41,682 bases of DNA, from contig DATIYD010000239.1 in NCBI GenBank assembly GCA_035517975.1, positions 1 through 41,682 on the forward strand, in the 5' to 3' direction. The notes under the pieces are model-generated. The model was not told the origin of the DNA and did no database searches. It saw only the letters and a list, made by a program, of their open reading frames with translations. The translations under genes were made by a program, and so were the position numbers. Source of the stretch: Thermoleophilia bacterium. Lineage in GTDB: Bacteria; Actinomycetota; Thermoleophilia; UBA2241. Shown in pieces: positions 41,038 through 41,682 of the stretch (its first letter is position 1; the number at the start of each line of letters is the position of its first letter).

Positions 41038-41682
41038 GACTCGTCGCCCCCGGCGTCGGACGGCAGGCTGATCGCGCCACGCGCGCACACCGCCAGGCAG
41101 ACTCCGCAGCCGGTGCAGTCGCTCGTCACCTCGATGGCCTCGTCGCCGGCCACGACCGCCGGACAGCCGAGCTCGAGACACAGGCCGCAGAGGTTACAGC
41201 GGTCGTCGTCGACGACCACGCCCTCGTGGGGTCCGCGATCCATGAGGATGCAGGGGGCGAGGGCCACGAGCACCCGCAGCTCATCGCCCGCCAGCGCCTC
41301 GCGGATGGCGGCGCGCACGGCCTCTTCGTCGAAGGCGTCGACGGTGGCCGCCGGCACGCCGATGCCGCGGCAGAGCGCCTCGATGTCGACCGCCGGACCG
41401 CTCGAGCGGTCGGGATGCAGGCCGGTGCCGGGGTGGCCCTGGTGGCCGGTCATGGCCGTTGTGCGGTTGTCGAGCACGATGACGAGGCCGGGCGTCTGGT
41501 TGTAGCGGGCGTCGATCAGCGGCGTGATGCCGGAGTGGAAGAAGGTCGAGTCGCCGATCACGGCCACGGCGGCGGCGCGTCCCAGGCGGCGGTTGATGCC
41601 GGCCATCATGCCGATGCCGGCGCCCATGCAGACGCAGCTTTCGAGCGAGAGCAGCGGCGGCAGCGCGCCGAGCGTGTAGCAG
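41034..41682 (-). CDS. iorA: Indolepyruvate:ferredoxin oxidoreductase alpha subunit; N-terminus runs off the right edge
   Basis: The frame stays open to the window end: ...CYTLGALPPLLSLESCVCMGAGIGMMAG... The TPP-binding region reads VIGDSTFFHSGITPLIDARYN. The C-terminal ferredoxin domain reads RCNLCGLCLELGCP...CTGCGVCLAVC. Confidence 0.85.
   Translation of the reverse strand, partial: CYTLGALPPLLSLESCVCMGAGIGMMAGINRRLGRAAAVAVIGDSTFFHSGITPLIDARYNQTPGLVIVLDNRTTAMTGHQGHPGTGLHPDRSSGPAVDIEALCRGIGVPAATVDAFDEEAVRAAIREALAGDELRVLVALAPCILMDRGPHEGVVVDDDRCNLCGLCLELGCPAVVAGDEAIEVTSDCTGCGVCLAVCARGAISLPSDAGGDES

Overview
High-GC window (about two-thirds G+C by eye) with frequent GTG starts and 1-4 nt stop/start overlaps. 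This is compatible with an Actinomycetota-like genome, but that is inference only. No rRNA, tRNA, CRISPR array or transposase/integrase was found. Four blocks are visible. (1) 1-18.7 kb is a cell-surface glycan/EPS locus. It holds a Wzt/Wzm-type ABC exporter, a CE4 deacetylase, two paralogous secreted Cys-rich proteins flanking a GT2, a radical SAM/SPASM enzyme, a GNAT, a split MaoC hot-dog pair divergent from an HMG-CoA synthase, a FemAB-like transferase, an AsnB-like enzyme without the Cys1 nucleophile, an SDR epimerase/dehydratase and a WbaP-type priming transferase. A YmdB-like phosphoesterase follows. (2) 19.7-34.7 kb is a complex I (nuo) operon with a very unusual architecture. The gene order is A-B-C-D-H-[NuoI N-half::NuoE]-F-[NuoG-like Fe-S::GltD/NfnB-like flavoenzyme::NuoI C-half]-J-K-L-M-N. 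An E/F/G-like cassette resembling HydBC/Nfn-type flavin modules therefore appears inserted in frame inside nuoI, and the NuoG molybdopterin-like domain is absent. This is the strongest candidate for something undescribed. (3) 35.0-38.6 kb holds tatA, tatC and a class A PBP. (4) 38.7-41.7 kb is a tightly coupled iorA-iorB-ACT-paaK operon, with iorA running off the right edge. Many long ORFs in the supplied track are antisense or over-extended shadows typical of high-GC DNA and were not called.
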